Part shown: positions 18,542 through 27,875 of the stretch, piece by piece
How positions within the stretch are numbered: the first letter of the stretch is position 1
Layout: the number at the start of each line of letters is the position of its first letter
Assembly (NCBI GenBank): GCA_039933355.1
Contig: JBDTOH010000002.1
Span: forward strand, 1-37,183
Direction: 5' to 3'
Source: Gemmatimonadota bacterium
GTDB taxonomy: Bacteria; Gemmatimonadota; Gemmatimonadetes; Gemmatimonadales; GWC2-71-9
DNA: 37,183 nucleotides
The notes under the pieces: generated by a model
Databases searched by the model: none
Told to the model about the DNA's origin: nothing
Seen by the model: only the letters and a program-made list of their open reading frames with translations
Position numbers and translations under genes: made by a program

Positions 18542-19626
18542 CAGTGATACGACGGGTCCAAATCGGTATGGCGGTCATCCTCGCGGCCGGGTGCGGCAAA
18601 GCGGCTCCGCGGGCCCCCGCTGGAGCGGGCGCCCAAGCTGCCCAAGCCCCGGTCCTGGTCGAGGCCGCGGCCGCGCGATCGGATACCGTCATCGACGCGA
18701 TCACGGCGACCGGCCAGATCGAGGCGGTCCAATCGATCGAGCTTCGCCCCGAAGTGGACGGACGGTTGGTCGAGATCATGGTCCGTGAAGGCGCCGCGGT
18801 GGAAAAAGGCGCCGCGCTCTTCAAAGTCGACGATGGGGAGCTCAAGGCGCAGGTCGATCGCGCCGAGGCCGATCGGGATCTGGCAGAGCAAGCGCTCTCT
18901 CGAACCAAGACGCTGCTGACCGAGAAGGCAGCGGCGCCGGCGGACGTCGAGCGTGCGGAGGCAACGGCCCGGGGCGCCCGCGCCGCGCTCGACTTGCTGG
19001 CGCTCCGGCTCAACCGGACCGTCGTGCGGGCGCCGTTCGATGGCGTGGCGGGCCAGCGGCTCGCGAGCCTGGGTGACTATGTCAACAACAGCACCCGCCT
19101 CATCACGCTCCAGACCGTCTCCCCTCAGCGGGCCGTGTTTCAGATGCCGGAGCGCTATGCCGCGCAGCTCAAGGTCGGGCAGCGGGTGACGTTCCGGGTC
19201 GCCGCTCTGCGAGACCGGATCTTCACCGGCATCGTCGACTTCGTGGATCCGCGGGTCCAGCTGCCGGCGCGAACGATCACCGTCAAGGCGGTCGTCCCCA
19301 ATCCGGCCCGCGATCTCCAGGCGGGTATGTTCATCGAGGTGAGGCTTCAGACCGCGCTCCGGCCTAACGCGACGGTCATTCCGGAGGACGCCGTGCTGCC
19401 CGGCCCGACCGGAAGCACCGTGTGGGTCATCACCGGCGACAAGCCCGTGCGGCGCCCGGTCGAGCTGGGTGTCCGGACCCCGGGATTCGTCGAGGTCACC
19501 AAAGGCGTCGACGCAGGGGACTTGGTGGTGGTTGGCGGCGCTGAGCGGCTCTCCCCCACTGCGACAGTCAAGGTGACTATCGTCGAGCGAGTGCCGGCCC
19601 GGGTTACCGAGGGAGCAAAACGCTAG
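18538..19626 (+). CDS. Efflux RND periplasmic adaptor (membrane fusion protein, HlyD/AcrA family)
   Basis: The start overlaps the OMF stop (ATGA). Lipobox ILAAGC. Lipoyl-like and coiled-coil hairpin segments are present (LFKVDDGELKAQVDRAEADRDLAEQAL, then RAPFDGVAG). Confidence 0.85.
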   Translation: MTVIRRVQIGMAVILAAGCGKAAPRAPAGAGAQAAQAPVLVEAAAARSDTVIDAITATGQIEAVQSIELRPEVDGRLVEIMVREGAAVEKGAALFKVDDGELKAQVDRAEADRDLAEQALSRTKTLLTEKAAAPADVERAEATARGARAALDLLALRLNRTVVRAPFDGVAGQRLASLGDYVNNSTRLITLQTVSPQRAVFQMPERYAAQLKVGQRVTFRVAALRDRIFTGIVDFVDPRVQLPARTITVKAVVPNPARDLQAGMFIEVRLQTALRPNATVIPEDAVLPGPTGSTVWVITGDKPVRRPVELGVRTPGFVEVTKGVDAGDLVVVGGAERLSPTATVKVTIVERVPARVTEGAKR

Positions 19627-20147
19627 GCCCGCTCATCCCCGCTCGGTGCACCCTCTCTCAGTGACAGTGCCGGAATCGGATCGAGGTCCGGCTCGATCCA
19701 TTGCGCGCGGGCCTCGACCGAAAAGAGGCGCTCCCGCGAATAGTGGCGGAGCGGGAGGTTCCGGTCGCCCCACTCCGCGTAGAGCCCGTTCGCGCGATCC
19801 GCGAAGCTCGCGGATCCGCTCCACGCCGCTTTGAACCGCGCCGTGACTCTCATGTAGAAGACGGTAATTGTCTCGTGATATCCCTCGGTCGCCGAGTCGA
19901 CCGTCCCCACGGAGCGGTTGTAACGCTTGATGGCGTCGCGCATGAGCGCGAGCGCGCCGTGCGCCGGATGGTGGTCGAGGTGCCAGAGCGCCGCGGTGAG
20001 ATGAGCGCGATGGGTCCATGCGGCCTTGGGCAGCGTGCAGGCCGCGAAGGCGTCGCAGAGGAGCGTCGCCTCGGCTTCGGTCGCAAAGGGGCGGACGCCG
20101 AGGCGGGCCGTCCCGCCGCCCGCCCCCGATGGATAGGCGTCAGCCAT
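19623..20147 (-). CDS. Conserved hypothetical protein (174 aa)
   Basis: Clean ORF with G/C-rich third positions and no family I can name. It contains WTHRAHLTAALWHL and GYHETITVFYMRV. The stop overlaps the adaptor gene stop by 4 nt (convergent). Confidence 0.6.
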   Translation of the reverse strand: MADAYPSGAGGGTARLGVRPFATEAEATLLCDAFAACTLPKAAWTHRAHLTAALWHLDHHPAHGALALMRDAIKRYNRSVGTVDSATEGYHETITVFYMRVTARFKAAWSGSASFADRANGLYAEWGDRNLPLRHYSRERLFSVEARAQWIEPDLDPIPALSLREGAPSGDERA

Positions 20148-20161
20148 TTAACATAACAAAT

Positions 20162-20177
20162 GTAGCACTTATGCTAC
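20162..20177. promoter_or_regulatory. Perfect 16-bp palindrome in the AT-rich glnA upstream region (candidate regulator site)
   Basis: GTAGCA-CTTA-TGCTAC. It lies 12 nt upstream of the predicted -35 of glnA and 15 nt upstream of the start codon of the divergent 19623..20147 gene. Confidence 0.3.
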
Positions 20178-20188
20178 TTTCGTAGGCC

Positions 20189-20217
20189 TTTACACTAAAC
20201 TACTTGTTGAATATACT
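20189..20217 (+). promoter_or_regulatory. Near-consensus sigma-70-type promoter for glnA
   Basis: TTTACA (20189-20194), a 17-nt spacer, then TATACT (20212-20217). SD AGGAGA at 20255-20260 lies 4 nt before ATG 20265. The promoter sits in a stretch of roughly one-third G+C (hand count) within a genome of about two-thirds G+C. Confidence 0.5.
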
Positions 20218-20264
20218 ATACGTGACACCAATTATCATATCAGCCAATCCTGCCAGGAGAGCCG

Positions 20265-21701
20265 ATGACCTCCACTCTGCGCGACTTCCTCGAGATTCCC
20301 TACGACGAGCTCGAGACGATGAACCTCGAAGCCAAGCTGGAGCGGGTCAATCGGGTCAACCCCGACAAGATCCGCGAAAAGCGGATCAAGTATCTGGCGG
20401 AAGAAAAACGGATCAAGGCGGTCACGGTCTGCTTCACGGACCTCGAAGGTCGCCTCCACATGCTGGACTACGACAAGAAATTCCTCCTCAAGTCGTTCGA
20501 CAACCTGACCTTCGACGGCTCGTCGATTCGCGGCTTCTCGGCCCAGCAGGAGTCGGATCTCCGGCTCGCCATCGACTGGCCGGCGTTCTACTGGCTGCCG
20601 AGCGACGTATTCGGGCCGGGGAAGGTGCTGGTGTTCGGCGACGTGCTCGAGAAGGATGGGACGCCGTACGTCGCGGACATGCGGGCCAAGCTCAAGGCGT
20701 ATCTCGACCGGCTCTACAAGAAGGACGGCTACGTCTGCAACGCCGCCAACGAGATCGAAGGGTTTCTGTTCAAGGGGCGCGACGCCGAGCGGCACTATCA
20801 CGAGGCCGGACAGTTCGAATTCATCTCGACCGGCGGGTACTATCACTCGCTGCCGGGCGACGCGATGCGGCTGTTCATCGACACGACTGCGGAAGTGCAG
20901 CGGGCGATGGGCTTCGAGAACGAGAAGGACCACCCCGAGGTGGCGCCGTCGCAGTTCGAGATGAACTACAGCTACACCGAGGCCAGCATCGCCGCCGATC
21001 AGGTCCTGCTCTACAAGCTGATCTGTCGTCAGGTCGCGGCTAAGTTCGACCTCACGGCGAGCTTCCTGCCCAAGCCGGTGACCGGGGTCAACGGCTCGGG
21101 AATGCACACGAACTTGTCGATCAGCCAGCGCGGGAAGAACATCTTCTTCGATCCCAAGGGCCAGGACCGGTTGTCCAAGCTCGGCTGGAAGTTCATCGAT
21201 CGGATCCTGAGCAGCGGGCAGGACCTCTGTCTGATGTTCAACCCGTCGGTGAACGCATATCGCCGGCTCGATCCCCACTTCGAGGCCCCGAACCAGATCA
21301 AGGCGTCGCCGGTCGATCGCGGCTCGATGATCCGGATTCCGTTGGGCAACGAGAAGTCGGCCCGGATCGAGGTCCGGTCGATCGCGCCGGACGCCAACCC
21401 GTACCTGGCGATCTACGCGATGTTCAAGACCGGGCTCGAAGGGCCCGTGGAGCCGGTCAACGGCGACAAGAAGCGAGACCGGACCAAATTCCTTCCGGAC
21501 AACATCTACGACGCGATCCGGCTGTTCAAGGGCTCGAGGTTCTGCACCGACCTCCTCGGAGAGACCGTGCACCGGAAGTATGCCGATCTCAAGCTGGCGA
21601 CCGCCGATCGCTGCCCCAAGGCGTTAGGCGCTCAGATCAAGATCCCGGAGATTCAGTTCCATCACGAGGTCACCAATCAGTATCTCTGGAGCATGTTCTA
21701 G
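20265..21701 (+). CDS. glnA: Glutamine synthetase family enzyme
   Basis: 478 aa. Beta-grasp N-domain (VTVCFTDLEGRLHML). Catalytic-domain motifs KPVTGVNGSGMHTNLSI, NAYRRL and RIPLGNEKSARIEVRS are present. Strong SD and promoter upstream, terminator downstream. Confidence 0.85.
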   Translation: MTSTLRDFLEIPYDELETMNLEAKLERVNRVNPDKIREKRIKYLAEEKRIKAVTVCFTDLEGRLHMLDYDKKFLLKSFDNLTFDGSSIRGFSAQQESDLRLAIDWPAFYWLPSDVFGPGKVLVFGDVLEKDGTPYVADMRAKLKAYLDRLYKKDGYVCNAANEIEGFLFKGRDAERHYHEAGQFEFISTGGYYHSLPGDAMRLFIDTTAEVQRAMGFENEKDHPEVAPSQFEMNYSYTEASIAADQVLLYKLICRQVAAKFDLTASFLPKPVTGVNGSGMHTNLSISQRGKNIFFDPKGQDRLSKLGWKFIDRILSSGQDLCLMFNPSVNAYRRLDPHFEAPNQIKASPVDRGSMIRIPLGNEKSARIEVRSIAPDANPYLAIYAMFKTGLEGPVEPVNGDKKRDRTKFLPDNIYDAIRLFKGSRFCTDLLGETVHRKYADLKLATADRCPKALGAQIKIPEIQFHHEVTNQYLWSMF

Positions 21702-21726
21702 AGGCTGCAGGGTGACGGGGCCAGAG

Positions 21727-21750
21727 GGGCCGCAATGGCGCGGCCCTTTT
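21727..21750 (+). terminator. Rho-independent terminator of glnA
   Basis: Stem GGGCCGC (21727-21733), loop AATGGC, stem GCGGCCC (21740-21746), followed by TTTT. It lies 26 nt after the glnA stop. Confidence 0.7.
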
Positions 21751-21841
21751 GCGTTCCGGCCGGGCGACGCAACTCGGCCCCGCGATCTTCCGTATGTGAA
21801 TAGATCGAGCGAGTCCCATCGCGCTGTCCGAGGGTGTCACT

Positions 21842-22948
21842 ATGGTTCGATTGCTGCGACCACGATGGCTGGGTGTCTGGTCAGCACTCGTCTCAGTCGC
21901 TCCGGCGGCTGCGCAGACGATGACGGTAGAGGCCTACACACCGCGATCGACGCTCAAGGTGCCGGAGCATAGCCTCACGCACGCCAAGTATCCGTTCGTC
22001 GACGTCCACAATCACATCTGGAAGAATCTCTCCGACCGCGAGGTTGACAGCCTCGTCCGCGAGATGGATGGAATGGGCTTGCGCGTGATGGTCAACTTGA
22101 GTGGGACCTCCGGCGATACGCTCCGGTCTCGGGTCGACAACCTCGCGCGTCGCCATCCCAACCGCTTCGTGGTCTTTGCCAACGTGGATTTCCGTCGGAT
22201 CGACGCAGCTGGTTGGGGCGAGCGGGCGGCGGCGCAGCTCGCGCGGGATGTTCGCGAGAACGGGGCGGCAGGCCTCAAGATCTACAAGGATCTCGGGCTC
22301 GACCTCAAGGATGGGTCCGGTCGGCGGGTTCGGGTCGACGACCCGCGGATCGATCCGGTCTGGCGAATGGCCGGAGAGCTCCACATCCCGGTCCTGATCC
22401 ACAGCGGTGAGCCCAAGAGCTTCTTCGACCCGATCGACCAGTACAACGAGCGATGGCTCGAGCTCAAACAGTTTCCGGATCGGGCCCGGCCGCCTTCGCG
22501 CTATCCGCCCTTTGACTCGGTGATGGCCGAGCAGCACCGGGTCTTCCGGCGCCATCCGGGGACGACGTTCATTGCGGCCCATCTCGACTGGTACGGGAAC
22601 GACCTCGACCGCCTCGGCTCGCTGCTCGATTCGTTGCCGAACATGAACACCGAGCTCGGCGCGGTACTCTACGACCTCGGCCGGCAGCCGCGGCGGGCCC
22701 GCGAGTTCCTGATCAAGTACCAGGACCGTGTGCTGATGGGCAAGGACTTCTACGGCGGACCGCAGGAGTATCAGGTGTACTTCCGGGTCCTCGAGACGAC
22801 CGATGAGTACTTCGACTACTATCGCCGCCGCCACGCCTTTTGGAAGATGTATGGGCTCGGGCTTCCCGACGACGTGCTCAAGAAGGTGTACTACGCCAAC
22901 GCCGCGCGGATCATTCCCGCGTTAGGGAAGATCGGTTTCGATCCGTAA
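21842..22948 (+). CDS. Metal-dependent amidohydrolase (TIM-barrel, amidohydrolase-2-like), secreted
   Basis: Signal-like N-terminus MVRLLRPRWLGVWSALVSVAPAAAQ. Metal-binding start motif FVDVHNHIW, later IPVLIHSGEP and FIAAHLD. Confidence 0.7.
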   Translation: MVRLLRPRWLGVWSALVSVAPAAAQTMTVEAYTPRSTLKVPEHSLTHAKYPFVDVHNHIWKNLSDREVDSLVREMDGMGLRVMVNLSGTSGDTLRSRVDNLARRHPNRFVVFANVDFRRIDAAGWGERAAAQLARDVRENGAAGLKIYKDLGLDLKDGSGRRVRVDDPRIDPVWRMAGELHIPVLIHSGEPKSFFDPIDQYNERWLELKQFPDRARPPSRYPPFDSVMAEQHRVFRRHPGTTFIAAHLDWYGNDLDRLGSLLDSLPNMNTELGAVLYDLGRQPRRAREFLIKYQDRVLMGKDFYGGPQEYQVYFRVLETTDEYFDYYRRRHAFWKMYGLGLPDDVLKKVYYANAARIIPALGKIGFDP

Positions 22949-22979
22949 GCCTCAGACCGGGTGATGCGGCGGGAATGAC

Positions 22980-23001
22980 GGGGGTCGCGAGCGCGGCCCC
23001 C
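22980..23001. terminator. GC-rich hairpin between convergent genes
   Basis: GGGGGTCG-CGAGCG-CGGCCCCC (8-bp stem with one G-U pair), followed by TT. It lies between the stops at 22948 (+) and 23014 (-). Confidence 0.3.
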
Positions 23002-23013
23002 TTCGGCATTGGG

Positions 23014-23586
23014 TCAGTAGTACGCGACGAACGACCGGCTCACCTGGGCAACGATGAAGAAGAGAACGATCCAGCAGACGATGGCGGCGATCGTGTAGCC
23101 CATGCTCTTCTCCGGCGGGGATTTCATCATCACCGGGACCCCCGTGTAGAGAAGGTAGACGCTGTACAGGCCCAGGAAGCTGAGAATCGCCAAGCCGGGA
23201 AGGATCGCAAAGATGCCCGCAACCCAGCTCGCAGTGCTGGCGTAGACGCTCAGCTTGAGAGCCTGGCTCATGTCCTGCTTCCCGCCGAACGTCGGGGCAA
23301 GCGCGTTGAAGATGAAGGCGCCGACATACACGGCGACCAGCGCGAGCACGTACTGCACGATCCCATGCGTGATCCCCCGCATCAGTCCCACCCGCACCGT
23401 TCCAACGAGCGGCACGCCGATCCCGAACACCGAATAGCCGATCACGCTTGCGATCGGGCCGATGGCGGCGAGCGGAATGACGTAACCGGTATAGAGCTGC
23501 GCCGGAGTGGTCTGCTCCTGCTCGATCACGGGCCACTCCAGCTTCGGTGTGAGCAGGATGGCCTTGACGCGGGTCACGAGATCCAT
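23014..23586 (-). CDS. Yip1-family integral membrane protein
   Basis: ORF 23014..23808 is trimmed to ATG 23586 (MDLVTRVKAILLTPKLEWPVIEQE). This is the typical Yip1/DUF1282 N-terminus, followed by 5 hydrophobic segments. Confidence 0.7.
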   Translation of the reverse strand: MDLVTRVKAILLTPKLEWPVIEQEQTTPAQLYTGYVIPLAAIGPIASVIGYSVFGIGVPLVGTVRVGLMRGITHGIVQYVLALVAVYVGAFIFNALAPTFGGKQDMSQALKLSVYASTASWVAGIFAILPGLAILSFLGLYSVYLLYTGVPVMMKSPPEKSMGYTIAAIVCWIVLFFIVAQVSRSFVAYY

Positions 23587-23795
23587 GGCTTGGGGTCCCC
23601 CGGGTAGAGAAGTGCGATCGGGCGGCAATCGCCTCGGCTGAGGCGCCGGATCGTGAATCATGGCAGACGGCAGGGACAACGCAGGGGGTTGCAGAGCGAA
23701 TGTGCCTGCCTGAGCGGGTCCCGTCAAGGAGAGTCGGCGATCGGCGGCGGTCGGGACTTTCGCGAAAGGGCGACTAGGTTCTTCTTTCACGACCC

Positions 23796-25292
23796 ATGGA
23801 CGATTCAATTTTCCCGGCCGATCGGGCCACGCTGCTCGACCGGCTCGCCGCGCTGGAGCGAGCCTCCCGGCCGCTGGACCCCGGCACGACGAGGCGCCGT
23901 GCGCTCCGCGACCCGGTGCTCGCGTCGGCGGAGCGCTTTCTGCGCCGGATTCGGGACCTCAAGGCGTTCGACGAGACCGAGGATAAGGGCGCCGCGTTAC
24001 TGGAGTCGCCGGTGTCGGAAACCGGCCTGCCCATCGAGGAAGTCATCCGCATCTTCGAGCACGATGTGGTCCGGCCCGGGCTCAATCCGGCATCGCCCGG
24101 GCACCTGGCCTACGTGCCCGGGGGCGGCATCTATCACTCCTCGTTAGGCGACTATCTCGCCGCGGTCACCAACAAGTACGCCGGCATCTTCTTCACCGGT
24201 CCGGGGCCCGTCCGGATGGAGAACCAGCTGACCCGGTGGGTCGCCGATCTGGTCGGCTATCCGGCGGGCGCAGGCGGGAACCTCGCGTCGGGCGGCAGCA
24301 TCGCAAACCTCACCGCCATCGCAACGGCGCGGGACGCGCACGGGCTCAAGGGCGCCGACTTCCACCGGGTCGTGGTCTATCTCACGGACCAGGCGCATCA
24401 CTGCGTCGAGAAGGCCGTCCGGATCGCCGGCCTCGGCGAGGCTATCGTGCGGCGGGTCGCGGTGGATGATCGCTACCGGATGCGGCCCGATGCCCTCGCC
24501 GATGGGATCGCGGCCGACCGAGCCTCCGGGCTTCTCCCGTGGCTGGTGATCGCTTCGGCGGGCACGACGGATGTCGGCGCCGTGGACCCGCTCGACGCGA
24601 TCGCCACGGTCGCGGAGCGAGAGCGCTGCTGGTTCCACGTCGATGCGGCGTACGGCGGCTTCTTCCTGCTCACCGACTACGGACGCAAGATGCTCAAGGG
24701 CATCGAGCGCTCCGACTCCGTCGTGCTCGACCCGCACAAGAGCCTGTTTCTCCCGTACGGAACCGGCCTGGTGCTGGTCAAAGACGCGCGGGCGATGATG
24801 GCGACCAATCACTATTTCGCGAACTACATGCAGGACTCGCGGCGGGAGCCAAGCGACGTTTCGCCGGCGGACGTGTCGCCCGAGCTGACGAAGCACTTTC
24901 GCGCGGTGCGGATGTGGCTCCCGCTCAAGCTCCTCGGCGTCGCGCCGTTTCGGGCGGCGCTCGAGGAGAAGCTTCTCCTGGCCCGGTACTTTCACGCCGC
25001 GGTCGGCGAGCTGGGGTTCGAGGTCGGTCCGCCGCCGGAGCTGTCGATCTCGACTTACCGGTACGTCCCGCCGGGCGCTTCCCTCGCGGAGGCGAACGTG
25101 ATCAACCAGCGAATCGTAGACGCGGTCCGGCGTGACGGGCGGGTGTTTCTCTCGTCGACCATGCTCGACGGGCGCTTCACGCTCCGGATGGTAGCGCTGT
25201 CGTTCCGGACTCACCGGCGCACGATGGACCTGGCGCTCCGGGTGCTGCGAGACGCGGTCGCGAGCGAGGCGCCGAACGGAGTCCGGGTATGA
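23796..25292 (+). CDS. Group II pyridoxal-dependent amino-acid decarboxylase
   Basis: 498 aa. SGGSIANLTAIATAR, HVDAAYGGF and the PLP-lysine motif LDPHKSLFLPYGTG. Confidence 0.8.
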   Translation: MDDSIFPADRATLLDRLAALERASRPLDPGTTRRRALRDPVLASAERFLRRIRDLKAFDETEDKGAALLESPVSETGLPIEEVIRIFEHDVVRPGLNPASPGHLAYVPGGGIYHSSLGDYLAAVTNKYAGIFFTGPGPVRMENQLTRWVADLVGYPAGAGGNLASGGSIANLTAIATARDAHGLKGADFHRVVVYLTDQAHHCVEKAVRIAGLGEAIVRRVAVDDRYRMRPDALADGIAADRASGLLPWLVIASAGTTDVGAVDPLDAIATVAERERCWFHVDAAYGGFFLLTDYGRKMLKGIERSDSVVLDPHKSLFLPYGTGLVLVKDARAMMATNHYFANYMQDSRREPSDVSPADVSPELTKHFRAVRMWLPLKLLGVAPFRAALEEKLLLARYFHAAVGELGFEVGPPPELSISTYRYVPPGASLAEANVINQRIVDAVRRDGRVFLSSTMLDGRFTLRMVALSFRTHRRTMDLALRVLRDAVASEAPNGVRV

Positions 25293-25358
25293 ACCGGCGC
25301 CGGTTTCTGGCTCAGCTCTCGGCCGGATGATACCGATGCCTAACGATGACACCGACCG

Positions 25359-26246
25359 ATGACGCTCTTCCCTGGATTCGAGCCCCGATGGTTCGACGTA
25401 GGCGACGTGGTAATTCACGGCGTCGTCGGCGGCTCCGGCCCGCCGCTCCTCCTGCTCCACGGCTACCCGCAAACCCATGCGATGTGGCATCAGGTCGCCG
25501 GCCAGCTCGCCGAGCGGTTCACGGTCGTGGCCACCGATCTCAGGGGCTACGGTGCGAGTGGCAAGCCGGACGGCCCCTCCGATCACCGGAGCTACTCGAA
25601 GCGCGCCATGGCCCTCGATCAGGTGCGGGTGATGGGCTCGCTCGGCTTCGACCGGTTTTGCCTCGCCGGCCACGATCGCGGGGGGCGGGTCGCGCATCGC
25701 ATGGCGCTCGATCATGAAGCGCGGATCGAGCGCTGGGCGGTGCTGGACATCGCGCCGACTCGGACGATGTATCTCCGGTCGGATCGGCCCTTCGCGGAGG
25801 CGTACTATCATTGGTTCTTTCTGATCCAGCCGGCTCCGTTTCCGGAGCACCTGATCGGGTCCGACCCCGATTTCTTCTTGAGCTGGCATTTGGGGAGCCG
25901 CCATGGCGGGCTCGCGGCGTTCGATCCGGTTGCGCTGGCCGAGTACCGGGCGGCATTCCAGAATCCGGCGACGATTCACGCGACGTGCGAAGACTACCGG
26001 GCCGCCGCAACGATTGATCTCGAGCACGACGAGGCCGATCTCGCCCACCGGGTCCGCGCGCCGCTCTTGGTGCTGTGGGGACGACACGGCGTAGTGGAGC
26101 GCTGCTTCAAGCCGCTTGAAGACTGGCGCGAGCGAGTCGTCGAAGTGACGGGCCGCGCAGTCGACTGCGGTCACTATCTGGCCGAAGAGGCTCCCGCCGC
26201 CGTGGTGAAGGAGCTGGTGACGTTCTACCGAGGAGCGAAGCGATGA
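25359..26246 (+). CDS. Alpha/beta hydrolase, haloacetate dehalogenase / epoxide hydrolase-like
   Basis: LLLLHGYPQTHAMWHQV, nucleophile-elbow Asp motif LAGHDRGGRVAHRMA, and a C-terminal GHYLAEE. Confidence 0.75.
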   Translation: MTLFPGFEPRWFDVGDVVIHGVVGGSGPPLLLLHGYPQTHAMWHQVAGQLAERFTVVATDLRGYGASGKPDGPSDHRSYSKRAMALDQVRVMGSLGFDRFCLAGHDRGGRVAHRMALDHEARIERWAVLDIAPTRTMYLRSDRPFAEAYYHWFFLIQPAPFPEHLIGSDPDFFLSWHLGSRHGGLAAFDPVALAEYRAAFQNPATIHATCEDYRAAATIDLEHDEADLAHRVRAPLLVLWGRHGVVERCFKPLEDWRERVVEVTGRAVDCGHYLAEEAPAAVVKELVTFYRGAKR

Positions 26247-27808
26247 GATTCGGTCGGGTGATCGTGCTCGGGCTCGTGGGGGCGGCCGGAAGACTGGAGG
26301 CCCAGGAGCGGATCGACCTGGATGTCATCGCGAAGATTCGCGAGGAGGGATTCCAGCGATCCCAAGTGATGGACCTGGCCTGGTATATGACCGACGTCCT
26401 GGGACCGCGGCTCACCGGCTCGCCCGGAGCCCATCGGGCGGAGCGCTGGGCCAAGACGAAGATGGAGGAGATCGGGCTCAAGAACGCGGTGATCGAGCCC
26501 TTCGGTGAGCATGGCGTGGGGTGGACCAACGAATACACCTCGCTCCATCTGCTCGAGCCGACCTACCAGCCGATCATCGGCTACCCGCAGGCATTCACGC
26601 CGGGCACCGCCGGCAAGATCACCGGCGCGCCCGCGATCGTTGCGATCAGCTCGAGCGCCGACTTCGTCAAATACCGCGGCAAGCTCAAGGGCGCGATCGT
26701 CTTGTCGACGCCGCCGTTTCCGGCCGGTCCCCGTTTCACCGCCGACGCGAAGCGGTTCGGGCCGGACGAGCTCACGGCGATGGCGCGGTCGACCATCGGC
26801 TCGCCGCTCGAGTTCGAGGGAAAACCTAACGCCTGGAACGATGTGGTCCGGGCGTTCCTGCCGGTGGGCACGGAGGTGGACGGTCGCGGTCCGTCGCCGG
26901 TCGACGTCCTCAAATTCCTGAAGGCCGAAGGGGTTGCGGTGGTGCTGGAAGCCGCGCCCGGGGGAGACGGGACGGTGTTCGTCACCGGGCGAGCGGGGAA
27001 TCGGCAGGATCGGTCGCAGGCGGCGGTGCTCGCATCGCCACCGGTCGTGAGCGTGGCGGCGGAGCACTACAACCGGATCTATCGGCTGGCGCAGCGAGGC
27101 ATTCCGACCAAGCTCGAGATCGAAGTCCGTAACGCGCTCGACAACTCGGATACCAAGGGTTACAACGTGCTCGGGGAGATTCCGGGAACCGATCTCGCGG
27201 ACCAGCTGATCATGACGGGCGGGCACTTCGACTCATGGCACGCGGCCACCGGCGCGACCGACGACGCGGCCGGCGTGGCAGTGGCGCTCGAGGCGCTTCG
27301 AATCCTCAAGGCGGTCGGCGCGACGCCTCGGCGAACCATCCGGGTGGCATTCTGGAGCTGGGAGGAAGGCGGCGTCAACGGCTCGCGCGCGTACGTCAAG
27401 AATCACTTCGGCGACCGGGCCAATCCGACGGCGCTCTACGATAAGCTGGCCGGCTATTTCAACGTCGACAACGGCGGCGGCCGGATCCGGGGCGTCTACC
27501 TGCACGGCAACGAGCGGGTCCGTCCGATTTTCGAGGCGTGGATCAAGCCGTTTGCGGACCTCGACATGAGCACGATCACGATCGCAAACGAGTTCGGAGT
27601 CGATGCGGTGGCGTTCGACTTGGCAGGATTGCCCGGGTTTCAGTTCATTCAGGATCCGATGGACTACGAGAGCCGCACCCATCATTCGAACATGGATGTG
27701 TATGACAAGCTGGTGCCCGACGATCTCCGCCGGAACGCGGTGATTCTGGCGAGCTTTCTGTATCTCGCGGCGATGCGGGACCAGGCGCTGCCGAGGGAAG
27801 GGCGATAG
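26243..27808 (+). CDS. M28-family aminopeptidase with PA domain, secreted
   Basis: ATG overlaps the upstream stop (ATGA), with AGGAG 7 nt upstream. Signal-like N-terminus. Zinc-ligand region GGHFDSWHAATGATDDAAGVAVALEALRIL and WSWEEGGVNGSRAY. Confidence 0.8.
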   Translation: MRFGRVIVLGLVGAAGRLEAQERIDLDVIAKIREEGFQRSQVMDLAWYMTDVLGPRLTGSPGAHRAERWAKTKMEEIGLKNAVIEPFGEHGVGWTNEYTSLHLLEPTYQPIIGYPQAFTPGTAGKITGAPAIVAISSSADFVKYRGKLKGAIVLSTPPFPAGPRFTADAKRFGPDELTAMARSTIGSPLEFEGKPNAWNDVVRAFLPVGTEVDGRGPSPVDVLKFLKAEGVAVVLEAAPGGDGTVFVTGRAGNRQDRSQAAVLASPPVVSVAAEHYNRIYRLAQRGIPTKLEIEVRNALDNSDTKGYNVLGEIPGTDLADQLIMTGGHFDSWHAATGATDDAAGVAVALEALRILKAVGATPRRTIRVAFWSWEEGGVNGSRAYVKNHFGDRANPTALYDKLAGYFNVDNGGGRIRGVYLHGNERVRPIFEAWIKPFADLDMSTITIANEFGVDAVAFDLAGLPGFQFIQDPMDYESRTHHSNMDVYDKLVPDDLRRNAVILASFLYLAAMRDQALPREGR

Positions 27809-27875
27809 CATCGTTGTGGCGGTGAACAACGCGAGAGATCTCGCCGATCCAAGATGAGCTGAATCGAGGTAGACG

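Noticed and set aside
20161-20178. The glnA upstream palindrome read as an NtcA box or a sigma-54 -24/-12 element
   Set aside because: NtcA sites are GTA-N8-TAC, whereas here the GTA and TAC are separated by 10 nt. TAGCAC lacks the GG of the sigma-54 -24 box and no TTGC follows at the right spacing.
20204-21572. Alternative ORFs 20204..21043 (+) and 20235..21572 (-) over glnA
   Set aside because: The glnA frame carries the canonical glutamine synthetase motifs. The alternatives are off-frame or antisense shadows.
24144-26174. 676-aa minus-strand ORF spanning the decarboxylase and alpha/beta hydrolase genes
   Set aside because: It crosses an intergenic gap and two well-supported plus-strand genes. 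It has no recognisable motifs and is a shadow ORF.
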